Below are positions 36,105-48,200 of a DNA stretch of 64,000 nucleotides, piece by piece; the stretch's first letter is position 1, and each line of letters opens with the position of its first letter. Position numbers and translations under genes: made by a program. This stretch comes from Ophelia neglecta (taxonomy: Eukaryota). The notes beneath the pieces were generated by a model, which was not told where the DNA came from, searched no databases, and worked only from the letters and a program-made list of their open reading frames with translations. Location of the stretch: assembly GCA_965285935.1 (NCBI GenBank), contig OZ260662.1:21390001-21454000 (forward strand). Reading direction: 5' to 3'.

Positions 36105-36836
36105 TCATATAAGATATGGCTCTAAAAATATATTCATCAGAGTTTCTTTGATTCCTGCTTTAATCAAATAGGTTTGCAACATGTTTACTGGACAATTCAA
36201 AGAGTTGGTTTTTGCAATTACAACTTTGTTTCCCTCTCTGTAAACATCGTTTTTGGCAGATTCTACGAATATTTCTACATATGTATCACAAAAGGTTAAA
36301 TCACATCTTCTTATTCTAGACAGCTCATTGTAACGAAAAAATCCAGCATATGCTATTAAACACACAGTGATTGTTCTTAAATCCTTCAAGTTAGCTTCTT
36401 TTGAATCTAATTTCTTAACTAAGTCCGACATTATTTCTGGCGTAACCGGTTGCTTTTTTAGCACTGGTTTGCTTGGAGCCCTTCTCGCAGCTTCCACTAG
36501 TTGCTTACATATCGAATGTTCTGTGGGGTCTGGTGATCCAGCAGTCTTCTGAGCCCATGCGATTGCAAAATAATATCCATTAATAACGTTTTTAGAGTCG
36601 CCCGCTTGAAGCCGCGATAAAAGAAAAAGCGCGACAGAGATATGAGTCGCTGGCATGTGAGTTGATTCCTCGAAATGACCGCACCATTCTTTAAACTTAT
36701 TAAACTGTCTTGAATATGCCTTGATAGTATTTGGTTGCCTGCTAGCCAACACCGTTGCTGGTAGGTCCTCTGCTATTTTTCTTAATGTTGGGTCCTTCAA
36801 CGATCTCAGCTGTGTCCATGCTTCCTGCCTAAACAC
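36105..36836 (-). pseudogene. Tyrosine recombinase, N-terminal part (SAM-like domain and first catalytic Arg), cut by the LINE insertion
   Basis: TIKAYSRQFNKFKEWC, DPTEHSICKQLVEAARR, IAYAGFFRYNEL, SAKNDVYREG, CPVNML; joins 30100-30384 once the LINE and one TSD are removed. Confidence 0.92.
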
Positions 36837-37360
36837 GTCTGAAAATATATCATGATATTAGATATGTATGATTCCGTAATATGGAACTGTTATGCATAAG
36901 CGCCGTTTTCCTCCTCTCTTATCATTAATAAGATAAAAGCGTAGCTCTGATAAAAATCGTAGGTATATCGAAATTCGGAATATTATACCCTTCTTTAATT
37001 GCGTTCTATTTCTATCGACGTTTTCTCTCATTAACAAGGCCATGTATGCCTATTTTCACTTCTATCGACTTAAGCCCGTGGCTACCGTGTCGATGATCAT
37101 GTTATAAAATCTTATAACGTCTTATCTTTCCCCTTTGAATTGACTTAAGCCCGTGGCCACTGCGTCAAATCCCCTTTTCGTATTCTCTATTTATTGTGGA
37201 CTTCCAGAGTTTATTGTTCTTTTATTCAATTACACTTGCTGTAACCTCTTCTTTGATTTGATCAATATATTCAATTTCTGAAAGTATCATTGTTCTAAGA
37301 TACTATAATTCATATAATCTCGCACTGTTATGCTTGCGTCTGTATCAAAATGTACGTTAC

Positions 37361-39256
37361 CTAGGTTTTGAAATCAATGCGGAGGGATATTCCGTCTCCC
37401 TTAAATTTCTGCGATCCAAATAATGATTTTTTATTTTTCCCTTTTCTAAAAGGCTGTTTCAGTACTAAGGAGTGCTTGATGAACTCTTTGCATTTGTATT
37501 GATCTTTTGCAAGAAAGGGCCAGCTTTCACACGATTTCCATAGTGGCATTATGAGAGTACCTCTTGCTCTGTTTTCCCGCAATTATTTTATTACTCTTGG
37601 TATCAGATACAAAGGCGGAACAAGCCAGTTATTGTCTTTGTTCCAATTTTGTGTAAATGCGTCGATTGCTTCTGTTCCGGTATTCCAAAATTTTGAATTG
37701 AATATTTTTGTTTTGTTGTTATCTGCTGAGACAAACCTATCAATATCATACGGTCCCCATTGCATTGACAATTTTTGAAAACATTCTTCTGAAACATACC
37801 AATCATCTAAGTCTATTATTCTGGATAAATAGTCCGCCTTTTCATTTTCAGATCGAGGGATCCAGCTCACATTCAGATCGATTTGTTGTTTATAGCAGTA
37901 TTGTGTGATTTCAATGGCTAATTCCTGAAGATTTTTTTCCTTCTTCCTTTTTTGACTATATTCACAACGTTTTGATTATCGTCAACCATTTGATTTCTTT
38001 GCCAAAAAATATTTGTGCAAAAGATGATATACCGGAACACACGGCTTTCGATTCTCTCCATGTGCTACTCTTTGCCGCGTCTTCTACAGACCAATTGTGA
38101 TGTGAAACCATGTTTCTGTTGTGGCTCCCAGAGTCTACAAAACGGGCACAACCTACGTTACTCGCGTCAGAGTAGATTACCGGACAGGACATTGAAGTCT
38201 TGCTACTGAATGGTTTGCCATTGAATACGTGTATGTTCTCCCGCCAAAATTGTATTGAGCGTTTTGACTGCATTGATAGGTTGACCCATGAGTCCCAGCC
38301 GCCCACTCGTGCGCATATGTCTGTCATCAATGGCTTTGTCAGAATGTGTACTATATCACCGTACGCTGGCCAGCAAGAAGTAATTTTGCCCGATAGTTTT
38401 GCCAATTGTCTGTACGTTAATGTACCGTGTGCGTGGGATTGGCTTACCTTCTCAACCATGTCTATTATGTCAGACAGTTTTGCCTGTGGCACAAACAACA
38501 TGCCTTGGATGCAATCGAACTCGAATCCTAACCACGTTAATACTTGCACTGATACCCTAATATTAAGTCAAATGAAAACATGAAATACCCAGCTTTAGTG
38601 AATTGGCGTGCACATTTAACATCCTCGTATTTTACGGTTCTCTTGTAAACATATTTGTTAACGTGCCTTAGGTCTAGAACTAGCCTCTTTTTTCCTGAAC
38701 TCTTTTCTGACACTGTTCACGGGTTGATCACTGTAGGTTTTTGTTTTTGACACTCTAGAATACACCCTGCTGATAGAAGTTCAGCAATAGTTTCTTCCAC
38801 GAAACTGCTCTCTTTTAAACTTGATCTATTATTCTTCAAATATATTGAGGGAGGCGTGTCTATCATTGGTACTATATAACCTTCTCTAATAACGTGTAAA
38901 ATTTCTTTACTAGCTCCTATGGATTCCCAAAACGTAATTCTATCTTTCAGTCTATTCTTAACGGTGATGGGTTGTCCCGTTTGTTCATACAATTCGTAAT
39001 TATTGGTATGGTAAGTATACTTTTCACTTATCTTATTTTCACTGCTGTTTTCCTCCGATGTTATTGGTACCGTAGTTGATGTTTTGGTCTTGATTTTGTG
39101 GACATCGTCTGGACCAGTCCCCCCTGACCCCGCAAAAGAAACAGATATCTGAATCGCTTGGTTGTTTGGGGCCCATGGGTCTTGGGAATATTTGGGCGTT
39201 GTCCTGGTTGTACGTGTTGAAGCGACGAAAAGAATTATAACTAGGATTGCGGTCAT
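37361..39256 (-). pseudogene. DIRS-type pol: RT (core deleted), RNase H and methyltransferase-like domain
   Basis: FWESIGAS..IREGY, KKRLVLDLRHVNKY, FSFDL, TWLGF, YSDAS, SSTWRE, WIPRSENEKADYLSR (RH), DIDRF...DAFTQNW..WLVPP...MPLW (MT). Several stops and frameshifts. Confidence 0.9.
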
Positions 39257-39717
39257 TTTGCCTCTGAGCTTCTTTTGCCGATAACATTTCGACGGGCAGC
39301 TTCTTCGGACTTCCGAATCTTTTTGTCATCGTCGCTATCTGACGCTAAATCTCGTGAAAGGTATTCTCCAACGACGGCCCAGCCTAATTCTGACTGATCT
39401 GCTAGCTTTATCAGCTTATTTCGTCTTTCGATTAACTGGTTACCTTCGTCTAAGGCGTCTTTGGCTTTTGTGAACTCTCCGTTGTCTAATTGTTTCGATG
39501 CTTCTGTGATATGCTGCTGCACTTTTATGTTGAGCTCGTGCTGTTCCTTGTGTCCTTTCTTTTTGAAAGTGTTAATGGTGCCTTTCACTTTTTTAGACAA
39601 CGCTTCGTAATGTTCTTCTTGTTGTCTTTTAAGACTTTCGAATTTTTGGTCCAAAACTTGTAGTAATTCCTCTTTGGATATTCCGTTTTCACAGCCTTTG
39701 TCCATGCTGGATTTCAT
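39039..39717 (-). pseudogene. DIRS-type gag-like ORF, frameshifted, with degenerate zinc knuckle
   Basis: ERRNKLIKLADQSELGWAVVGEYLSRDLASDSDDDKKIRKSEEAA, then CFFCGVRGDWSRRC (CCHC with H to D) in the next frame. Confidence 0.85.
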
Positions 39718-39741
39718 GGCTCGACTTTATCCACCGGTCGA

Positions 39742-39984
39742 TGTTTGACGTGTGGCTGCCTCGAGAGCTAGGTCCGAACTGACAATCCGCCCGCCTAAAA
39801 CCACACAACCCGAACCTACAGCTCTTATGTCATATAGGCCTAGGCCTAGGCCTTTCAAACCCGTTCTCGTTCACGATGACCCGCTGTACCCTCCCTTATA
39901 CCGTAATCTCTGGATTACCGCATCAAAACTACCGAGAAAACATTTATTCGCTTATTCGTTTCTCAACCGCGAATAAATTATATT
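39742..39984. repeat. Split direct repeat A1 (5' end of the YR element)
   Basis: Copy of 29582-29818. Confidence 0.95.
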
Positions 39985-42884
39985 ATCACAGAACGTGTTA
40001 AGTACATGGAACTATGATTAACAACATTAACCATGATAGTTGGTTACCCTTAGGATCTCATTATTGAAACTGAATTTGTCCTTGCAGATTACTGGAATAG
40101 ATGTAATTCATATACTATTTATTGAACACAATTCTATACAATTCTATACCCTTTCCTTGAGACAATATTTCCCCGAATGATTACCTAATTACAATTTACC
40201 GTGTAAAGATTGCAAACTGCTATTAATAAATATAAAACATATCAAACATTTTAATTTTATTTTCATATTGTGTCATATGATCAAAACCTTATGGAATTTC
40301 TGTTCATGTTCAAAAAATTGTATAGTGAGTATTTTTCGTGGCTAAATGATATCACGTATGTCTGCCTGTTTCATTTTCCGATGCATAAGCACGCAAGGTA
40401 TGGAACTGTCAAATGAATTTCCCTTACAATATATCAAAATGTGCAAAAAGCACATTATCGTTCCTTTGAAATTTTCCCAGAGAAAGTATGGTGCTCCAAA
40501 TTCAACGGCTTGTTCAGCGGCAAAATGAATTTCGAAATGAATTTCCTGTCAATCTGTTGTTTTGAAAACTAAACGTCAACTAGATACGACTTGCAAGTTA
40601 ATCAACTATGGAACTCAGAACATAATCTCTTCCAGAGAAAACACCTCGTGAATATAACGTTTCAATAAAGTCAACTAAATCAGCATTAAGCTTGATAATC
40701 ATATATCCTTAATGTAAATTAACATTCAATCAGCGTCTGTTGTAAATATATTTTAGATTTTGTTCAGACGCCTATAGCTTCTATGTGCCTAGCTGACTGT
40801 GCTTGGCAAAAGTGGCTACTTAATATTCAAACACCTGGCGTATTCAATCAGGATGACAAGACTGCGAATGCGTGTATTTTACATGTGTCCAAAGACACAT
40901 ATGGATTACACACAAATAATATAAAAGATAATACTGCAAATGATAAAATGAATAGTTTTTTTAGTCACTTAGGATAATAAATTCTGCCCACAATAAAGCA
41001 AAATATAATAAACAGCCATAGTCTTAAACTAAATATTGCAGCAGAACATGTTAACACCAATTTAACTCTTTGTTGTTTTTTATAAAGAAATACCATGTGT
41101 TAACTATGCCCAAATTTTCTAAACTAGCACTTTCTCAAGTAAACCGGGCATAGCCTCATATATGTATAATAATAAATCGTGTATGATTCATTAGATAATA
41201 AGGAAAAATTTAGAATTAATTCCTTTCTTCTTAAGTAGCCCTTCTCTGACAGGTTCATATAGTACACCACAGTGACACGTACACTGCCACTTTAGTAGGT
41301 AAACGCGCAGAGCATTCTTTATTTACTTTTGGTGTAAACACTCTTTTGCAGGTTTTGTATTTCTATGGAGCTTAACACTTTATACGCTTTATAATATGTA
41401 GTAACAGGCGTAAATGTTTACGACGCCATATATGAATGATTTGGCACAAGTATGCTATTGGTATGTACATGCAGGTGCCGTGTGTAGCATGCATGGTTAT
41501 CGGGGCGTGCCATTTTATATTGTATCTTCGATAGTAACCCGTTTTTTCACCAACTGTAACTGCCTTTTATATCCTTGAAACATTTTCTTGTCTTGAAGAA
41601 CCTGTCCAAGTATCGCGTAAATTAATTGATGATACTTAGTGGGAGTCCCCCAGACCATATATTATGTGTATTGTTTGAATATAAAAAATTTAAGTAATTA
41701 CTTCAGATATTAAAAATATTCTTTTGAACTACGGAACTTAAGATATACATAATTTCTTAATAATGCCTGTCATCCGTTATTTAACTTTCTATTCTAACAA
41801 ATGAATGGACTATTTTAATAATCACTGATCGGAGCACATATTTTGTTTGTGATTATATCTGTTCAATCGTGGGCTCTTAAGAATGCGACCTTTAGTAAGC
41901 GGCCTACACTTAACTCCATCATTGCGTAAAACATATAGTGAAATATATTATTCACGGCGCATAATTACTTACCTAACTTGCAATATTCCTTTTCTTGATT
42001 TCGTCATCAAGCGTTGCAAAATCACCGAAAGCCAAAGGAATGTGGATATGCTGCACGGTCTTTGTGTGATCGTCGACATTGCTGTGATATAAAGGATAAT
42101 ATTACCTTCAGCAGTTTTCTAGTTATAATACTTTCGGTTTGAAAGATAACAAATGCAATAAAATTCTGGCGCTTTTGATCAGGTTTTCACCTAATAAGAT
42201 AATTCGGTTTGAATATTTCACAACAAATATCATCCAATCCTTATACTTCCATTTGCAATTGGAAAAAAGACAAATTTTCCAGGTATAACACGTGCGTCGA
42301 GTTCTTGCGGAATCCTGCCAAGGATTAAATTAGGCTTAAGAGAAATCAACAAACAAGCGATGACTCTCTGTTGGACAGTCCAATTTCTTTGAGTGGTCGA
42401 TTCAGTTAAACCCATGGCCGGGGGCCACGTGCATGTGCTTCATTCTTAAATACCATCGTATGGAGTAGACGCACGCGGTCAGTCATAACCAAAGCGTGAC
42501 CTGCTTTCTTTATATAGGTATCATTCAATGACACGTCCGTTCGTTTTGTGCTCTGGCTTATTTAATAATTTGGGCGCTTTTGTAACAAATATTTATCTCA
42601 GTACAAATATGGAATGGATCTTCCTTTAAAAATTTGGATAGGGAGTCATTTATATTTATTATTTTTGTCCATGTTAGTAATCAATGTTAAGGTTAGTTCC
42701 TGGATGAATTCAAATCTTGTAAAAGGCCCTGCCCCATAAATGTTGAAAATTGATTTGGTTTGCAAATAATCACTATACTAAGAACCAAGGAGCCTCCGCA
42801 CCCGCGCATTTATTCAAAAAACAAAACCGATTGATTATAACTGAAATGCTGTTCATGCGCTTTGCCTTCAGCGCAATGCGACTT

Positions 42885-43109
42885 GGCTTTGTGTTATCAG
42901 CGAAAGCGAAAGGGGCGGCGAAAGCAGCATTGGTAGCACAATAATCTATAATATCCATCATTTTGTAACCCAACCCTTACCCGAACATATAGGTTTTGTT
43001 CTTGATACAAGGGGGTAAGGGTGGGGATATTATTGTGATCATATTAGCTCATTTTAAGAGGCCAAGCTGCTTTCGTCGCAGCATTCGCTTTCGCTTTTAA
43101 CACAAAGCC
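42885..43109. mobile_element. MITE with about 50-bp TIRs, possibly Mutator-like
   Basis: GGCTTTGTGTTATCAGCGAAAGCGAAAGGGGCGGCGAAAGCAGC versus its reverse complement at about 43062-43109; flanks ATGCGACTT and ATGCGACAA (7/9, candidate 9-bp TSD). Confidence 0.8.
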
Positions 43110-43199
43110 ATGCGACAATCATTTAAGGAAAATTGAAGGCCGCCCTTCCCGCTGGCTAGGAACCTAGGCGATTAAAACGACCAGGGGTTGAAGGTAGAT

Positions 43200-43750
43200 A
43201 ATCAGAATATCTGCTAGGTAACTTGCAACCAACTTCATTAACACGTGCATACCTTAGGGCGTGTGCTTCAGGTTCTCTTTTACAAATATCTTCGTTCAGG
43301 TATCCATATTTCCCGCGTGAATTCAGCCATTCGCTATTACTATCCGATTCAGAGATACACAGAATACAGAAGATGCAAAACTTGAAGCTAGAATGTTATC
43401 AATGGCAAAATCGCAAGACTGTATAGCTGCAGCCCTGAAGTCATTAGATTTGCTTTCAGTAAAATTCACCGTTATAGGTAAAAGCCTAACTTTTACACAT
43501 CGTGTGATTCACGGCTTGGCAACTCGTGAATTCACAGAATTACAGGTGTTTAATTGCTCTGAAAGCAGACATGGTGTTTTGGATAGTAGCATGCTGTTAA
43601 ATAACAATCTAAGCTTTTCAGTTGGTACCATCCTCAAAGTGCCAAAGCCAGGAAGGAAAGCCTACTTAAATAGGGCATCCGTCAGGGTAGCCCTAGTATT
43701 ATGGAACAAGATATCGCAGGAACTATGGAGTATAGGTCGACCACGCCGTA
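43200..43750 (+). mobile_element. Old L2 LINE 3' fossil
   Basis: DCIAAALKSLDLLSVKFTVIGKSLTFTHRVIHGLA...LKVPK...RASVRVALVLWNKIS resembles the L2 C-terminus DHITPxLxxLHWLPV...HGLAP...PxLWNxLP. Confidence 0.65.
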
Positions 43751-45267
43751 TTTTTTATGTGCGCCCCCTTGCATGTTCGAGAGTAACAGGAAGCATTGTA
43801 GACGGCAGATGAGTGCCTGTTTAAAGTAATATTTTGTGAATGTAGTGGAAAGGAAACTCATGGCTGAAGTAAATTTGATGCCAATGATTGGAATTACTAT
43901 TTATATTTTATTACTGTCGAAGCGCTGCCAGTTATAACGACGCTACTTGTTTCTGCTTTTCTTTCCTCTACAAAGTCTTCATCTATATTGACATCTACGA
44001 ATTTGACCTTTATGAGTTCCCTTTCGTACGAATAAAACGCGAGCGGATGTCTGCGAGACACAAACAACGCAAAGCTGGGTTAAAGACTGAATTCATTTCA
44101 TCTATTCAAACACATCCTGAATTGCAGCTCCAGGCTCTACCTATCAATCATCAGCATCCCCGGGGAAATAACCCACAAAGTGTTTCATTTCGAGGCTGCA
44201 CCCCAAAAAATGAAAGAAGCAATAGCATATTTGAATAGTTGTACATATTTGAAGTGATGTAAATTTAAGGATTTGCAGGAACGTTTTGTTCAATTTAATA
44301 CTGTATGCATTAACCCGTATCCCTAGTTAATCGCCTTGGATACTAATTCTAGTTACTCTGGCTAGGTATTTGATTGATGAATCAGGTAGCCTATACCTTT
44401 AATAGGAGATCCTGCACACTACATGTGCATTTCGTCAACAAGTTTGCTGCTGTGGATGTATAGTTGAATATGAACTAGTTATGAAAAATAATTCTAACAG
44501 TTCGAAGTACATGTACTAGTATTGACAATTTGTGCCATATGTATAGATATTAACTTACTAATATATTACAGGAAAGCTCTATATTGTGTGGTTGATATTA
44601 CACTTTCACCTGTGCAAATGACAATGATGGAGGATAAAATTTACCGAACATTCAAGCTTAGTATAATACTTTGCCTTGTTGATACAATTTCGACCTCTTA
44701 ACGACAAAAAGAAAGCCCCTGAATTTGGTAGCTTGGTCATGATAAAGCCGTCTGCTCTATCTGTCCTTGTTTGTTAGATTCACGCCACTTAGTTAATTAC
44801 ACGTGCATGAACATTCATACGAGAGGCCTAAAACTTCAAGTCACGATAATTTCATGATCAAGATTGTACTTCAATTGTATTTTGAGGTTATTATATTGGC
44901 AGATCGCCCAATCAGACAGTTCGTGTTCCTTTGACTGTTAAAAATTTAACTAATTGTCATCTGTGGCGAATAATAATAGATACACAATAGCTCCATCAAA
45001 TTATTACCTATAGACTTCGTGAGGTGAGGTAGCTTAGACACTGTTCTCGGTAAGAACAAAGAGAACTTAAACATTTAGTCAGTAGATTGCAAAATTTGCT
45101 TAACCATCTTCTTCAAAAGCTATCAGTATTTCAACAAGCGAACGTAGAGTGTTTTATTCAACAAAAGGGAATACACCCTACGTGTTGTACAGTCAATACA
45201 TCTAAATGAACATACATGGCGTCAGAGAGACCATTAAATGCTTACAAATTCAATGAATAATATGGAA

Positions 45268-48200
45268 TCAGTAATTATAAGATTTATGTATATCAGATGC
45301 TTTTCTGATGTAAATTGCTAAGTTATTTAGAGTTTTACTATTGGCAGATCTAAGCAGTTCCATCAATTTGTATACATTAGGCCTTACTACATAGTATCTT
45401 GGAATATATCTGGCACGTAGTTCGAAAAATAAACAACATTCCAATACAAAATGGTATTCATCGTCCAACTTATCACATACACTACATTTGCGGTCTGAAA
45501 ACTCTACAGGTGGCCTTTGCCAGCTGCCCCTCTCCACATACAAATAATGATTGCGACACCTAAATCTGCACAGGGTTTTTTTATTCTTGATGCTCACATC
45601 ACAGTCCATATAAGAAGGCAGAACACCAAAGTCTGGATGAACAAACCGGTAAAATATACACTTTGAGGAATCGTTTATATTCCCATGCCAATCTTGCTTA
45701 TAGCAATCAAAGAGTCTCTGTTTAAATAACACTATAAATTGTTTTACATCGGCAACACCTTGATTCAGCCAAGCTTCTCCGAAACCGTATTTGAACAGAA
45801 GAGATTTTACTTTACTGGCCCAATTATCCTGCTGTATTCTGCTGTATAACATTAAATATACTTTTTTCATTAGCTTATTACCACCTACTTGAATAAGTTT
45901 AAGCCACAATTTAATTATATTTAGGTACCTATTAATTTGTAAAGGAAACCGATTAAGCTCCCCATAAACCATTTCATTCTTTGTACTGTCTTTTAAGTTT
46001 AAAATACTTTTACAAAATTTGAGATGAACCCTTTCTACATTCACCCCCCGATGAAAGCCCCATAGTTCAGAGGAATAGTTTAAAACAGGAAGAACTAATT
46101 TATCAAATAAAGAGCACATGTCCGTGGGGCTCATGTTATATCTATATGTGTATTTTTTCAAACAAAAAACTGCTTTCGTGGCCTGCTTCGCCAGGGTCTC
46201 CTGGGCTGCCGTCCAAGAGCCGCCCGCTGATAAGACTAAACCCAAATAAGAAAAGTTCGAGACTACTTCTAATTTTGCTGTTTTATACTTGAACCCCAGA
46301 TTCCCCGGTAACCTACCCCCTTTTCTAAAAACTACTACTTTAGTTTTTTCTGTGCTTAACTTCAATTTCCATGTTTCACAATATGTTTCTAGTGTTTTCA
46401 GTCCTGATTGCAGACCCTCCGGCGTATCTGCCAATATGACGGCATCATCAGCATACAGAAGTATATAGAGCTTAATATAATCAATGCTAATTCCTGTGGG
46501 TTGTTGGCTATTAGATAATTCATGATCAAGATCATTAATGTAAATGGAAAATAAAAATGGAGAGAGGCTTTCGCCTTGACGGACGCCTAATAAACATTCA
46601 AACGACTCACTAATTTCCCCAGTCAAGGACCGAACAGCTGATTTAACACAAGAATACATGCTTTTTATAACATTAAAAAGCTTGCCAGAAATTCCTAACT
46701 TAATAAGTTTATACCAGAGACCATTTCTATTGACATAATCAAAGGCTTTACGGAAGTCAATAAAGCAGCAGTATAATTGTTTTTTAGAATTCAAATAATT
46801 TGATATAAGCCCATGCAGAACAAATAAATTGTCTATTGTACCATAGCCAGCACGGAAGCCTGCCTGACCTTCGATATACACCCCATACTCCTCTGCCCAA
46901 GAAGTCAGGCGATTGTTAAGAATGCGAGTGAACAGCTTTGCCAGTACGCTAAGTAACGTTATCCCACGATAGTTTTCAGCTTGGTGTAAAGAGCCCTTCT
47001 TATGGATGGGTAAAATGATACCATCTGTCCAAGAGGACGGAAAGTCACCTGCACTCAAGATATTGTTAAAGAGCCCCTGCAACGACGGCACCAAATCCTC
47101 TGCATAAATGAATATTTCATTAATCAGTAAGTCGGGCCCTGCCGCCTTACCAGCCTTAAGCTGCCGAATCGCTGACAGAATCTCACTTACAGATATCTCC
47201 GTATCCAATTCACTAAACATAGACTCATCTCTTACATAGTTTTGCACAAATGAGTTATATTCATCAGCAATCTCAAAGTCTTCAATATTTGGGGGGTTAG
47301 AAATAGTTTTGAAGAAATTATAGAATTCAGCCATTTCAATGTTTGGGTAAACACGACTAGCTGAACCTTTCAACATTTTCCAGTATAATCTGGCATTATT
47401 CTTACGGGCATCTAGCAATGATTTTGTTTGACCTACGCTATGTTTCTTTTTACAAATATCAGCGTGCTGAGAGTATTTAGATCTGGCCAATCTCAAATTC
47501 GCTCGAATATCTTCGATACTATTCTGTCTATATAAATCAAGCTTTTCATGAAATTCATCTCGCAAGATCTTGCATTTATTGCACATCCACGCAGGAGTAT
47601 CAATAACTGGTGTAGTTCGTACAACATATGGCCGGATTTGTTTGCCGAGAAGAGGCAACGCGACATCAAGTAATTTATCTGTATATTTAGTAACCTGGAT
47701 GTCAATGCTATCATTGGAGTTAACTATATGATTTAAACTACCGAGAGCACTATTTAATGAGGCTCTAAATTGACCTACACATTCTGAATTCCAAACTAAT
47801 TTAGTACTCATCACTGCAGGTTTGCTCTCCGGCTTATTACCCAATTTTTTAAGTTCAAATTTAAGAGGGCTATGGTCACTCATTACATTTGGGTCACCTA
47901 CAGAAAAACTAGAGAACAGAGCAAAATCTGACTGCTTACACAGTACATAATCTATAACACTTGCTCCGACTCCACCTATATATGTATATTTACCACAATC
48001 TTTATCATTCCCAAGCCGACCGTTTGCAATACGGAGGCCGGTAGCACAACACAGATCTAGTAACCTGTGCCCATAATTATTAACAGTAACATCCATTGAA
48101 GTTCTTGGTAAAGTAGAATCATCAGCATACTCTTCGGGCAGCAATATATGATCAGAAGAATTATTATCGAATCGAACAAAATCATTCAATACCCCAGTTC

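Larger units (their letters stand above)
29230..39984 (-). mobile_element. Tyrosine-recombinase retrotransposon (DIRS order, PAT/Ngaro-type split direct repeats, MT-bearing), complete ends but decayed ORFs
   Basis: Minus-strand order A1(39742-39984)-gag-RT/RH/MT-YR-B1(29817-29890)A2(29582-29818)-spacer-B2(29230-29303); only TT is shared at both ends, no integrase-type TSD. Confidence 0.93.

Noticed and set aside
29592-39976. Two near-identical plus-strand ORFs (29592-29810, 39752-39976) as duplicated genes
   Set aside because: They are the A2 and A1 repeats read antisense, with GTG starts and no protein motif.
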